A DNA stretch of 64,000 bases from Patescibacteria group bacterium (GCA_018830865.1 JAHJRN010000002.1:6243-70242); one strand, 5' to 3'. Shown: positions 1 to 10,030, counted from the first letter of the stretch. Notes: generated by a model from the sequence alone, not told the origin. Numbers and translations are program-made.

Positions 1-145
1 GTCGCCTTCCCCCGCGTGCACGGCCAGCCGGTACGCGGCGCGGTGCACGACCTGGCGACTCCTGTTCGTCGTGGTGGGCGTTGAATTCATCCGCGAACGA
101 GAACGTCTCGGCCGAACACCGAATCGTCGTTTCCAAAGTACGCAT
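1..145 (-). CDS. hypothetical protein, 5' part only (runs off the window start); reading frame beyond about codon 31 is not secure
   Basis: ATG at 143-145 (minus) preceded by GGAGGAGG; open to the window edge; a second open frame with better GC3 exists near the edge. Confidence 0.3.
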   Translation of the reverse strand, partial: MRTLETTIRCSAETFSFADEFNAHHDEQESPGRAPRRVPAGRARGGRR

Positions 146-190
146 CTCCTCCTCCTTTTCCCCCGACTGGACTTCAGCCAGGAACCAGCA

Positions 191-219
191 AAGATATCAC
201 AAAATGGGGCTTTTGTCAA
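191..219 (-). promoter_or_regulatory. sigma70-type promoter TTGACA-17-TATCTT with TGn extension, driving the minus-strand gene at 1..145
   Basis: minus strand reads cccTTGACAaaagccccattttgTGaTATCTT; 193..222 is 28/30 identical to 8001..8030. Confidence 0.5.
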
Positions 220-249
220 GGGTTTCGTCTCGTGGAAGGTCCTAAAATC

Positions 250-278
250 TTGATAACAAAGGATTTTTCGGGTAGCGT
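250..278 (+). promoter_or_regulatory. promoter TTGATA-17-TAGCGT for prfB; the -10 ends 6 nt before ATG 285 (leaderless-type spacing)
   Basis: TTGATA 250-255, 17-nt spacer, TAGCGT 273-278, no Shine-Dalgarno before the ATG. Confidence 0.5.
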
Positions 279-284
279 GTGGCC

Positions 285-1415
285 ATGCTGAAGGACATCT
301 CGGTACGCGCGGATGCGCTTCGGGCCAGCATCGACGATGCGTGGCGTGTCTTGGATTTGGATGCGCGGCGCGGGGAGATCGCGGCGCTCGAGGCCGAGAC
401 GTCGGCACCGGACTTCTGGTCCGAGCCGGAACGGGCCAAACGTGAGTCGCAGAAGCTCTCGGACCGCAAGAAGGAGTTCGACGCGTGGGCAGGACTCCGG
501 GAGGAGATGCTTGAACTTCAAGAATTGGTCGGAATGGCGCTGAAGGACGACGACGCTTCGTTCGAGCCGGACGCGACGAAGAAGCTTGATGAGCTCGAGA
601 AGCGGTTCACGGCGCTTGAGTTCTCCATGATGTTTTCCGGTGCGCACGATGCGTCGAATGCCGTCATGTCTATCCACGCGGGCGCGGGCGGTACGGATGC
701 GCAGGATTGGGCTGAGATGCTGCAGCGGATGTACTTCCGATACGCGGAGCGAAAAGGGTGGAAGGTTCGTTTGGTTGACGAGAGTCGTGGCGGGGAAGCG
801 GGAATCAAATCCGCGACGTTCTTTGTCGAGGGTCGCCATGCGTATGGGCATCTCAAGGCTGAGGCCGGCGTACATCGTCTTGTTCGTCAGTCGCCGTTCA
901 ATGCGGACGCGCTCCGTCAGACGTCGTTTACGCTCGTCGAGGTCGTGCCGGAAATCGATGAGAGTGTGGACGTAGACATCAAGCCTGATGATCTGCGCAT
1001 CGATACGTTCATGTCTGGCGGCAAGGGAGGACAATCCGTGAACACGACGTATTCCGCGGTCCGCATCGTTCACCTTCCGACGAAGATTACGGTCTCGTGT
1101 CAGAACGAACGTTCACAGACGCAGAATCGTGAGACGGCGATGAAAATCCTGCGCAGTAAACTCGTTGCACTGCGCGAGGAGAAGCTGCGTGAGGAGAAAG
1201 AGAAGTTGCGCGGCGAGTACCACAGCGCGGAATGGGGGAATCAGATTCGCTCGTACGTCTTGCATCCCTACAAGATGGTGAAGGATCATCGCACCGAGGT
1301 GGAATCATCCGATCCAGACACGGTCCTCGAAGGCGACCTCGACCGGTTCGTGGAAGGATATCTTCGCATGGAGGCAGAGAAGCGCGATGTGAAGAAGGAG
1401 TTGAACAAGGAATAA
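285..1415 (+). CDS. prfB: peptide chain release factor 2 (single continuous ORF, no programmed +1 frameshift)
   Basis: SPF tripeptide (VRQSPFNAD) and GGQ motif ([12 protein letters not shown]); the ORF track starts at GTG 279, ATG 285 is preferred. Confidence 0.9.
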   Translation: MLKDISVRADALRASIDDAWRVLDLDARRGEIAALEAETSAPDFWSEPERAKRESQKLSDRKKEFDAWAGLREEMLELQELVGMALKDDDASFEPDATKKLDELEKRFTALEFSMMFSGAHDASNAVMSIHAGAGGTDAQDWAEMLQRMYFRYAERKGWKVRLVDESRGGEAGIKSATFFVEGRHAYGHLKAEAGVHRLVRQSPFNADALRQTSFTLVEVVPEIDESVDVDIKPDDLRIDTFMSGGKGGQSVNTTYSAVRIVHLPTKITVSCQNERSQTQNRETAMKILRSKLVALREEKLREEKEKLRGEYHSAEWGNQIRSYVLHPYKMVKDHRTEVESSDPDTVLEGDLDRFVEGYLRMEAEKRDVKKELNKE

Positions 1416-1418
1416 GAA

Positions 1419-3494
1419 TCATTCCTTTATTTTTCTCACCACGCCGGTACGCGTGTCTATTTCCACGCGATCGCCGTCTTTTAATAGTTTGGTCGCGAGT
1501 TTGGCGCCAACCACGCAGGGTTTTTTCATCTCCCTGGCGACGATGGCCGCGTGGCAGGTCAGGCCGCCTTCGTCGGTCACGATGGCCTTAGCCTCTTTGA
1601 GATAAGGGATGAAATGCGGCGTGGTTTGGATGGCCACCAGGATTTTATCCTTCAGCAAACGCCTTTTTATGGCCAAGGATTTTTTGTCCGCGATGATGAT
1701 TACGCGGCCGGTGATTATTTCATTCGTCCCGTATGCCACCGCGCCCCTTATTTCCTTGCCCTGATTTTTTTCGGCTGTCTTTTGCAGCCACAGGAAGTAT
1801 CGTTTGATGGCCGATACGGTCTTGGCGTCGTCGATGATTTCCGAAGGCGCTTGCCGCAGATCCAGGTAAATGAATCCGTTGCGTTTTCTGGTCGCGATGG
1901 TGTCAGCCAGTTTTTTGTCCGCCGTCTTGCCCTCAAGCCAGGCGCTTACTTCGTTCCGGGTCAGGTATTTCATCAGTTCAAGCGGCTCGATCGTCGATTT
2001 CCGATGACCTAGCATGGATTGGAAGAATCGCCACCAGCTTTCGCCCAGCCGTTCTTCCTTAAAGGCCACACTATTCCTCCAGACGTCGTGTTTCTTGGTT
2101 ATAGCCCCGATGTTCTTCAGCTGATTTGCGTTTTCGGCCAGCTTAAGCCCCAAGGAAAAAATAATCGTAAAATAAGCGCTGGCCAGTTCGTATAGATCCA
2201 TGGATTTTTTGAACAAAGCTACGCCATCGGTATGGTTGCCTTTGGCCGTGGCTTGCATCAAGCGACGACAGACTTGTTCGATTTTCCGCCAGGTATGGTC
2301 ATCTTTCACGATATAGTCGGTCAGAAGCCTTGGATTCCTCAAGATCTTTCTATTGGACACGGCATGAAACCGTTTGGCTTGCGCCAGATTAAAGACCCTG
2401 ATCGGCAGATTTTCGATCAGTGGGATCAGCAGGGTTTCCGTCGCCATGGCGCCATGTTTCCGATTCAGGTATATATCTTGTCCGTGACGTTTGGCGGAAT
2501 AAAACAGTAGGGACTCATCGGCCCGGATACCGAAAAACCAGAGTTGACTCTTAAGGTAATCGAGCAGGGTTGGCTCCGTGGCTCTACCTTTCCGTAAAGT
2601 CGTGATCGGCCGGCATTGCAGGACATAAAGTCCGTTATCGTCCTTGGCCCATTCCACGTCAATGGGAAAGCCGAAATGCTTTTCGATGCGAACGATCAGT
2701 TTGGCTAACCGAGTGATATCGCTGTCGGGCAACTTTTGCGCGCCGGCAGCTTTGGTATCTACCTTGCGCCATTCGTCTCCCCCGGAAGGGGAGCGTATTA
2801 GCAACTTATCTTGCCGGTTGACGGATCTTTCTTTGATTTGCCAGTCGTTTTTGTTTACCACGTAGCCGTCCGGCGTGATCTGACCCGCGACCACGCTTTC
2901 GCCAAGCCCGTATCCCGCCTCGATAAGCATTTGTTTATGGTCTTGTGCCACCGGATGGATGGAAAAACCGACGCCCGCGACGCGGCTGGCAAGCATTTTT
3001 TGGACTACCACGGCCATGCTGAAGTCTTGTCCCTGTTTGATTTTGTCACGGCGGTAAGACATGGCGCGCGGCGTGAACAGCGAGGCCCAGCACCTTTTCA
3101 CGTTCGGCAGAAGTTCATGGGTTGAGGTATTTAGGAAGGTGTCGAACTGACCGGCCCACGACGCCCTCGCAGAATCTTCCGATACGGCGCTTGAGCGCAC
3201 GGCCACGAATCGCGAGTCGAGCCGGGTGAAATGTTTTTCGATCTCGGCTGCGATATCTTTGGGTAGATCAGCCTTTATGATCAGGTGTCGGATGTTTTTA
3301 GCGGTTATTCTGTCGCGCAGGCCGTTTTCATCCAGGAATGCATCAAAAGCGTTAGTCAGGATCACGAAACCGTCCGGCACCGGCACTCCGGCCTGCAGAA
3401 GCTCGCCTAATGCGGACCCTTTGCCACCGGCGCTCATGACGTCGCGTTTATCCAGCTCATTCAGCTTTTTTATCCAAGCCATATTGATTGGCAT
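1419..3494 (-). CDS. PEP-utilising / PPDK_N-type three-domain phosphotransferase (ATP-grasp N domain, unknown middle domain, C-terminal phosphohistidine swivel domain; no PEP/pyruvate TIM-barrel domain)
   Basis: N-terminal GGKGSALGEL; C-terminal TDEGGLTCHAAIVAREMKKPCVVG; visibly lower G+C and AT-rich third positions compared with neighbours. Confidence 0.8.
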   Translation of the reverse strand: MPINMAWIKKLNELDKRDVMSAGGKGSALGELLQAGVPVPDGFVILTNAFDAFLDENGLRDRITAKNIRHLIIKADLPKDIAAEIEKHFTRLDSRFVAVRSSAVSEDSARASWAGQFDTFLNTSTHELLPNVKRCWASLFTPRAMSYRRDKIKQGQDFSMAVVVQKMLASRVAGVGFSIHPVAQDHKQMLIEAGYGLGESVVAGQITPDGYVVNKNDWQIKERSVNRQDKLLIRSPSGGDEWRKVDTKAAGAQKLPDSDITRLAKLIVRIEKHFGFPIDVEWAKDDNGLYVLQCRPITTLRKGRATEPTLLDYLKSQLWFFGIRADESLLFYSAKRHGQDIYLNRKHGAMATETLLIPLIENLPIRVFNLAQAKRFHAVSNRKILRNPRLLTDYIVKDDHTWRKIEQVCRRLMQATAKGNHTDGVALFKKSMDLYELASAYFTIIFSLGLKLAENANQLKNIGAITKKHDVWRNSVAFKEERLGESWWRFFQSMLGHRKSTIEPLELMKYLTRNEVSAWLEGKTADKKLADTIATRKRNGFIYLDLRQAPSEIIDDAKTVSAIKRYFLWLQKTAEKNQGKEIRGAVAYGTNEIITGRVIIIADKKSLAIKRRLLKDKILVAIQTTPHFIPYLKEAKAIVTDEGGLTCHAAIVAREMKKPCVVGAKLATKLLKDGDRVEIDTRTGVVRKIKE

Positions 3495-3632
3495 GATAGT
3501 ATCTCATGTCCTGCGTAGCAAATTCGGGATATTGGTTTTTTCTGTCCTGAAAGAATGTCTTTTGCGTGGCGAGGGCAGGGTCTGTCGATGGATTTGCCGA
3601 CGGATTCCCTCCTTTGCGGAATAGTAGAAGAC

Positions 3633-3661
3633 AACAACCCGTTGACTCGCGGGTTGTTTTT
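3633..3661 (+). terminator. orphan intrinsic terminator (9-bp stem aacaacccg/cgggttgtt followed by a T-run) with no annotated plus-strand gene upstream
   Basis: hairpin 3633-3658 followed by ttttt; on the minus strand no T-run follows. Confidence 0.5.
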
Positions 3662-3674
3662 CTATCCCAGGAAA

Positions 3675-3819
3675 CCCCGGGTGGAGGCCCTGACAACAAG
3701 GAAGCCTATCCTAGGAACGAGCCGGAACCCGGGGATGAATGGTCGGCGAGCTTCCAGCGAGCTAACGCGAAGCGCCATGTCCGATGGAGACCCCGGGTGT
3801 AGCGAAGCGGAACCCGGGG
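3675..3819. repeat. two CCCCGGGT ... ACCCGGGG palindromic hairpin units (REP-like)
   Basis: ccccgggt at 3675 and 3791, each pairing with acccgggg at 3727 and 3812. Confidence 0.7.
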
Positions 3820-3841
3820 AGGAGGTCATTGTATAAGGAAA

Positions 3842-3948
3842 TGTCGTTGCGAGGAGCGAGTCCGCGAGCGACGCGGCAATCTTACCTTGATTCTTCGATC
3901 AAAGGATTTAGGTAAGATTGCTTCGTCGTCGGACTCCTCGCAACGACG
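3842..3948. repeat. long imperfect palindromic element (tgtcgttgcgaggag ... ctcctcgcaacgacg), about 40-bp arms
   Basis: left arm tcgttgcgaggagcgagtccgcgagcgacgcggcaatcttacct versus the reverse complement of the right arm tcgttgcgaggagtccgacgacgaagcaatcttacct. Confidence 0.75.
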
Positions 3949-4001
3949 ATTTGCTCCAACACTCTCGCAACGCCGATATAAACTGGTATCATGGTCTCCA
4001 T

Positions 4002-4931
4002 ATGAGACAGCTTGCAGTCGTGACCGGCGGCGCCGGGTTCATCGGGTCGCATCTGACGGATGCGCTCGTCGGCAGGGGATGGGACGTGGCCATCGTCGAC
4101 GACCTCTCGACCGGGTCGCGGAAGAACGTCTCGCCCGGCGCGACGCTTCATGTCGTGGATATCCGCAAGCCGGCCGCGGCCGCGCTCATCCGGAAGCTGA
4201 AACCACATGCCGTGTTCCACCTCGGCGCGCAGGTCAGCGTCACGGAGTCGCTCAAGCGTCCGGCCACGGACGCGGAGACGAACCTCCTCGCCACGACGAA
4301 TCTTCTCGAAGCGTCGGCGGATGCCAAGGTGAAACGGTTCGTGTTCGCGTCGTCCGCGGCCGTGTTCGGGACGCTCGACATGCCGCTTCCGATGGACGAA
4401 TCCGCGCCCATCGCGCCCGAATCCCCGTATGGCATCACCAAATACGCGGGCGAGCGGTTCGGCGCGTTCTACCGGTCGAGTCGGAAGCTTCCCTTCGTCG
4501 CGTTGCGGTTCGCGAACGTCTACGGCCCGCGGCAGAGCCGGGTGGGCGAGGCGGGCGTGGTCGCCACGTTCGCCAAGCGGATGCTCGCGAAGCAGCCCGT
4601 GCGCGTGAACGGCGACGGGACGCAGACGCGCGACTTCGTCTACGTCGGCGACGTCGTCGAAGCGATGCTCGCGGCGCTCGACCGGCCGAAGGCCGTGGGA
4701 CCGTTTCATGTCGGCACCGGCGTCGAGACGAGCATCGCCGACCTGTTCCGGAGGATAGCCAAGGAGACGGGATACCGGAAGCGGGCGCAGAAGGGACCAA
4801 AGGACACGAACGCGGTCATCCGAAGCGCGCTCGACGCGCGGAAGGCGGCAGGCGAGCTCGCCTGGAAGCCGGCGGTCGGTCTCGACGAAGGTCTGCGTGA
4901 GACCATCGCGTGGTTCAGGGAGCATCCATGA
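4002..4931 (+). CDS. NAD-dependent epimerase/dehydratase (UDP-glucose 4-epimerase-like SDR)
   Basis: VTGGAGFIGSHL Rossmann motif, YGITKYAGE (YxxxK); ATG 4002 chosen because the upstream part of the ORF is the palindromic repeat. Confidence 0.85.
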   Translation: MRQLAVVTGGAGFIGSHLTDALVGRGWDVAIVDDLSTGSRKNVSPGATLHVVDIRKPAAAALIRKLKPHAVFHLGAQVSVTESLKRPATDAETNLLATTNLLEASADAKVKRFVFASSAAVFGTLDMPLPMDESAPIAPESPYGITKYAGERFGAFYRSSRKLPFVALRFANVYGPRQSRVGEAGVVATFAKRMLAKQPVRVNGDGTQTRDFVYVGDVVEAMLAALDRPKAVGPFHVGTGVETSIADLFRRIAKETGYRKRAQKGPKDTNAVIRSALDARKAAGELAWKPAVGLDEGLRETIAWFREHP

Positions 4932-5584
4932 AGACGCTCCGGACGCGGGACATCGGCGTCGCGGCGAAGGTCGCGGTTTCGGCCTTGAAGCACGGCAGCA
5001 TCGTCGCGTTCCCGACCGAGACGGCCTACGGCCTCGGCTGCGATCCTCGGGATGCGAAGGCCGTCGCGAAGGTGTTTCGCATCAAGGGACGGAGCGTGTC
5101 GAAGGCGCTTCCTCTCGTAGCCGCGTCCGTCGCGCAGGTCCGCGCGGTCGTCGACATCACAGGGATGAACGACAAGCAACGGGCGACGGTCCGCACGCTC
5201 ATGTCCCGATACTGGCCCGGGCCGTTGACGCTGGTGTTACCGATTCGTTTTGTCGTAGGGGCAATTCATGAATTGCCCCTACGAAAAGTAATCGCACCGC
5301 GCGGCGAGGTCGCGATCCGCGTTTCATCTTCGCCGTTCGTCCATGCGATGACAGCCGCATTCGGGTTCCCGGTCGCGGCGACCTCCGCGAACCTCTCGGG
5401 CGAGCCGGAGTGCCGGTCGGGACAGGCCGTCGCCCGCGCGTTCCGGTCGCGGAAGCACCGGCCCGATCTCGTCATCGACATGGGAGCGCTGCCCCGTCGC
5501 CTCTCCTCGACTATCGTCCGCATCCGTGAGGACGGGAGCGTCGACGTCCTCCGACGCGGCCCCGTCCGCATCGCCCGCGCTTGA
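4928..5584 (+). CDS. tsaC: L-threonylcarbamoyladenylate synthase (YrdC/Sua5 family)
   Basis: VAFPTETAYGLGCD, WPGPLTLVL, SANLSGEP; ATGA overlap with the preceding stop. Confidence 0.85.
   Translation: MKTLRTRDIGVAAKVAVSALKHGSIVAFPTETAYGLGCDPRDAKAVAKVFRIKGRSVSKALPLVAASVAQVRAVVDITGMNDKQRATVRTLMSRYWPGPLTLVLPIRFVVGAIHELPLRKVIAPRGEVAIRVSSSPFVHAMTAAFGFPVAATSANLSGEPECRSGQAVARAFRSRKHRPDLVIDMGALPRRLSSTIVRIREDGSVDVLRRGPVRIARA
5254..5283. repeat. perfect 30-bp palindrome cgtaggggcaattcatgaattgcccctacg lying in frame inside tsaC (encodes VVGAIHELPLR)
   Basis: self-complementary by inspection; flanked by imperfect arms cgattcgtttt / aaaagtaatcg; local codons are AT3-rich, unlike the rest of the gene. Confidence 0.85.
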
Positions 5585-5626
5585 CCCCACGTCCGAATGG
5601 GGATACAACCCCGTGTGAGGTGAGAC

Positions 5627-6256
5627 ATGGATGAACGCGTGCACATTTGCAACAATCCGGCTCTTCAGGAAAAACTGACGATTCTACGTGACAAGGACAC
5701 GTCCGACAGGAAGTTCAGCGAGTTGGTCGGCGAGATGTCGCCCCTCTTGGCCTACGAGGCCATGGCAGGCATCCCCACGGAGGAGGTCGAGGTCATGACG
5801 CCGCTTGCCTCGGCGAAGGGCAGGAGGATCGGTGCCACGATCGCGCTCGTGCCCGTGCTCCGTGCCGCGCTCGGCATGGTGGAGGGGATTCGTCGACTCA
5901 TGCCGAATCTGCGGGTGTACCATCTCGGGATGTTCCGGGATGAAGAGACCCTGACGCCGCAGTGGTACCTCAACAAGCTGCCGCCGGTCCTCTCGTCTGA
6001 CGGCATCTACTTCCTGCTCGATCCCATGCTCGCGACCGGCAACACGGCCGTCGCCGCCTTGGTGGAGCTGAAGGAGCGCGGGGCGAAGCGCATCACGTAC
6101 ATCGGCCTCATCGCCGCGCCTGAAGGCGTCGCGAACGTCCTGAAGCATTTTCCGGACGTCCACATCTTCACCGCCGCCCTCGACGATCGGCTGAACGAGA
6201 AGGGATACATCCTTCCCGGGCTCGGCGATGCGGGCGATCGTCAGTATGGCACCTGA
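5627..6256 (+). CDS. upp: uracil phosphoribosyltransferase
   Basis: LDPMLATGNT PRPP-binding motif, 209 aa, GAGGTGAG Shine-Dalgarno. Confidence 0.9.
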   Translation: MDERVHICNNPALQEKLTILRDKDTSDRKFSELVGEMSPLLAYEAMAGIPTEEVEVMTPLASAKGRRIGATIALVPVLRAALGMVEGIRRLMPNLRVYHLGMFRDEETLTPQWYLNKLPPVLSSDGIYFLLDPMLATGNTAVAALVELKERGAKRITYIGLIAAPEGVANVLKHFPDVHIFTAALDDRLNEKGYILPGLGDAGDRQYGT

Positions 6257-6285
6257 CGACAGCGCGTGACGTGCACTTTCCCTCC

Positions 6286-6306
6286 CCGGCCTCGGCCGGT
6301 TTTTTT
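6286..6306 (+). terminator. intrinsic terminator after upp
   Basis: ccggcc-tc-ggccgg stem followed by T7. Confidence 0.7.
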
Positions 6307-6329
6307 CTTGCGGGCAATCGGGGTATCGT

Positions 6330-7184
6330 ATGGATATGACACCTACGGACATCAAGGCGGCGTTGAAGGAGCTGGGCGGCGGCGCGAACAAACGCCTCGG
6401 CCAGCATTTCCTCATCGACGCGGCTGCGCTCTCGACCGTCGTCGAGACGGCCGGCATCCGTCCCGGGGATCAGGTCCTCGAGGTCGGTCCCGGTTTCGGC
6501 GCATTGACGCAGGCGCTACTCGACCGCGGGGCCGAGGTCGTCGCCATCGAGCAGGACCGCCGCTTCGTCGAATATCTCAACCCGCGCCTTTCGCCGCAGC
6601 GCGGCCGTTCGGTGCGCGTCGTGCAGGGCGACGCCGCGGCCGTGCATTGGCATACGCTCATCGGGGAGGGGACCTGGAAGTTCGTCTCGAATCTGCCATA
6701 CGCCATCACGTCGCTCGCGCTTCGGAAGGCACTGTGGGCACCGAAGCCCCCGGACATAGCCGTCGTCCTTGTACAGCGCGAGGTGGCGGAGCGCGCGACG
6801 ACCGTCGCGAACGGCACGAAGAGCCAAAAGCTGGGCGGCAAGACTTCGCTCCTCTCGCTCATGGTCGCCCTCGCGACGTCGTCGGTCTGTGTCGTGCGCC
6901 GCGTGCCGCCGGGGGCATTCTATCCGCCGCCGCAGGTCGATTCCGCGGTGATGCGGATGGTTCCGATGCCGACGCCGGAACGCATGAAGCGGTGGGGGAT
7001 CGATCCGGAGCGGATCATGCAGATCGCGAAGCTCGGGTTCGCGCATCCGCGCAAGATGCTCGGGTCGAACCTCAAGCTCTATGCGGCGCACATGAAGGAA
7101 GCCGGGATCGCGTATGAGACGCGGGCCGAGGACGTGTCGCCGGACGATTGGGCGCGACTCGCGCGGTCCGTGCACGGAGCATAA
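6330..7184 (+). CDS. rsmA: 16S rRNA (adenine1518/1519-N6)-dimethyltransferase
   Basis: LGQHFLID, VLEVGPGFGALT; the real start may be the second ATG at 6336. Confidence 0.9.
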   Translation: MDMTPTDIKAALKELGGGANKRLGQHFLIDAAALSTVVETAGIRPGDQVLEVGPGFGALTQALLDRGAEVVAIEQDRRFVEYLNPRLSPQRGRSVRVVQGDAAAVHWHTLIGEGTWKFVSNLPYAITSLALRKALWAPKPPDIAVVLVQREVAERATTVANGTKSQKLGGKTSLLSLMVALATSSVCVVRRVPPGAFYPPPQVDSAVMRMVPMPTPERMKRWGIDPERIMQIAKLGFAHPRKMLGSNLKLYAAHMKEAGIAYETRAEDVSPDDWARLARSVHGA

Positions 7185-7189
7185 AAAAT

Positions 7190-7219
7190 AGCGCCGACGA
7201 TCGAGTGATCGTCGGCGCT
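7190..7219 (-). terminator. 13-bp hairpin agcgccgacgatc/gatcgtcggcgct; the T-run is present only for the minus-strand gene
   Basis: the A-run 7183-7188 on the plus strand is a T-run after the hairpin on the minus strand. Confidence 0.6.
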
Positions 7220-7251
7220 GGACTCCGGAACCCTCGGAGCAAGGGGCGACT

Positions 7252-7920
7252 CTACGTGGTCGCGGACGGGGCAGGACGCGGGGGCTGACGACGTCGCTCG
7301 TCGGCGCTCGGCATGCGTCGCGACTTGGGAGTTGCGGTCGCATGTTCGGCCGCCTGTTGCGCGGATGAGAGCGAGGCGCCTTCCTTCACCAGCCGTGCCG
7401 TGACCACGACACGGATCTCGGACTCGATGGCCGTCTTCTCCTCGGGGGAATAGTTGGCATCGTTCCGGACTTTGCCGATCAGCCATCGTGCCTGGCCTTC
7501 GGGGTCAGAGGCCTTCGCAACCATCCCGCTGACCCGCTCGACCGAGAACTTCGGCCGTTCGGGCTTCGTCTGCGGCTTCGGCGCGAATCGTTCCTCCACC
7601 TCGGCCAAGCAGAGCATGGCGCGGGCCTTGGCCACCTCCTGCTCCATGCCGCGAGCCTTGAAGGTCGCGACGAGGAAGAGGAGGGTGGCGCCCATGAGGG
7701 ACTCGAAGTTCTTCGCCTTGGCGTAGTCTCGGAGGACGATGCCAGCGACGAAGGTCGTCGCGCCCCGGAGGCCCTCCTGCTCAGGTTCGTCGAGACCGAT
7801 GGCCTTGGCCCGAGAGACGCGCTTCTTCATCTCGCTGGCCAGGAGCCGTCGGACCGACTCACCGGTGAACGGACGGGGATTCGAAACGGTCGCAGTCGAA
7901 ACGGTCTTGTTGCTGGCCAT
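7252..7920 (-). CDS. hypothetical protein (222 aa, no recognised motif)
   Basis: GGAGGT Shine-Dalgarno 4 nt before the ATG, good GC3, own promoter and terminator. Confidence 0.6.
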   Translation of the reverse strand: MASNKTVSTATVSNPRPFTGESVRRLLASEMKKRVSRAKAIGLDEPEQEGLRGATTFVAGIVLRDYAKAKNFESLMGATLLFLVATFKARGMEQEVAKARAMLCLAEVEERFAPKPQTKPERPKFSVERVSGMVAKASDPEGQARWLIGKVRNDANYSPEEKTAIESEIRVVVTARLVKEGASLSSAQQAAEHATATPKSRRMPSADERRRQPPRPAPSATT

Positions 7921-7998
7921 GATGACCTCCTAATCGTGAAAGGTGACTCGGCTGAATCGACGTTCGGAATACCCGAACGGTCTTCAGACGAACGTGCG

Positions 7999-8027
7999 AG
8001 GATATCACAAAATGGCCCTTTTGTCAA
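7999..8027 (-). promoter_or_regulatory. promoter TTGACA-17-TATCCT with TGn extension for 7252..7920
   Basis: minus strand reads cccTTGACAaaagggccattttgTGaTATCCT; near-identical to the promoter at 191..219. Confidence 0.5.
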
Positions 8028-8108
8028 GGGTAACGGGTCACCCGTGCTTCTTGCCCCAGACGAGGATTTCTCTGAAAAATCCCCCTCGAACACGCTGAAA
8101 CCCGCCTC

Positions 8109-8137
8109 TTGACAGGGTTTCGGAAACCCCGTAATCT
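8109..8137 (+). promoter_or_regulatory. candidate 16S rRNA promoter TTGACA-17-TAATCT
   Basis: TTGACA 8109-8114, palindromic spacer gggtttcggaaaccccg, TAATCT 8132-8137. Confidence 0.45.
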
Positions 8138-8235
8138 TCCGGCACGTCCTTAGGCTCCTGTATCGGAGCGATGACAGAGGAAGATGCCACGCCAGAAGCG
8201 TGGTTTCACGTCTCAAGCCTCGGGACCCGACCGGA

Positions 8236-8270
8236 CTTCGACAACAGAAGAGTGACCACAGACAGAATGA
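8236..8270 (+). other. 5' arm of the 16S precursor processing stem (RNase III-type)
   Basis: cttcgacaacagaagagtgaccacagacagaatga pairs with 9934..9966. Confidence 0.65.
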
Positions 8271-8316
8271 AGCCACAATAATTGATCTCGCGATCTCTAC
8301 CAGGAGTCGCGAGGTT

Positions 8317-9822
<1,506 letters not shown>

Positions 9823-9933
9823 TAGGGAGAAACGGTCAGCTTCGGCTGACCATAACCCGATGGTCGATGGCGTATCACCGAGATTTTCTCGTAATGACGC
9901 CTCCATCATGGGTCGGAATCACCGGCTCAGGTT

Positions 9934-9966
9934 TCATCTGTCGTGGTCACTTTTCTGAGGTCGAAG
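9934..9966 (+). other. 3' arm of the 16S precursor processing stem
   Basis: tcatctgtcgtggtcacttttctgaggtcgaag is complementary to 8236..8270 with a few mismatches or bulges. Confidence 0.65.
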
Positions 9967-10001
9967 CAGAGACCCCCTCGCGTCCCCGCGGGGATTTTGT
10001 A

Positions 10002-10030
10002 TTGACAAAACCGTCAAAATCCGGTACTAA
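10002..10030 (+). promoter_or_regulatory. promoter TTGACA-17-TACTAA ahead of the response-regulator / pilus locus
   Basis: TTGACAaaaccgtcaaaatccggTACTAA. Confidence 0.45.

Noticed and set aside
216-1073. Long ORFs antisense to, or out of frame with, clear genes. Examples: 216..1073, 3882..4925, 3887..4900, 14646..15872, 16613..17719, 20369..22027, 24275..25168, 25214..26686, 26777..28933, 27154..28680, 35566..36310, 61184..62836, 62413..63690.
   Set aside because: These are typical shadow ORFs of a high-G+C genome. Their translations are Arg/Gly/Pro/Asp/His-rich with no motifs, while the overlapping frame carries unambiguous conserved-family signatures.
279-1415. Programmed +1 frameshift in prfB, or recoding of UGA.
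   Set aside because: RF2 is one uninterrupted ORF of normal length with SPF and GGQ motifs. RF1 is also present, and TGA is used as a stop codon throughout, for example in the ATGA gene junctions. The standard code applies.
3555-3836. ORFs 3555..3836 and 3566..3802 in the 500-bp gap upstream of the PEP-utilising gene.
   Set aside because: They run through the CCCCGGGT/ACCCGGGG hairpin repeats and the orphan terminator. They have no Shine-Dalgarno and implausible composition.
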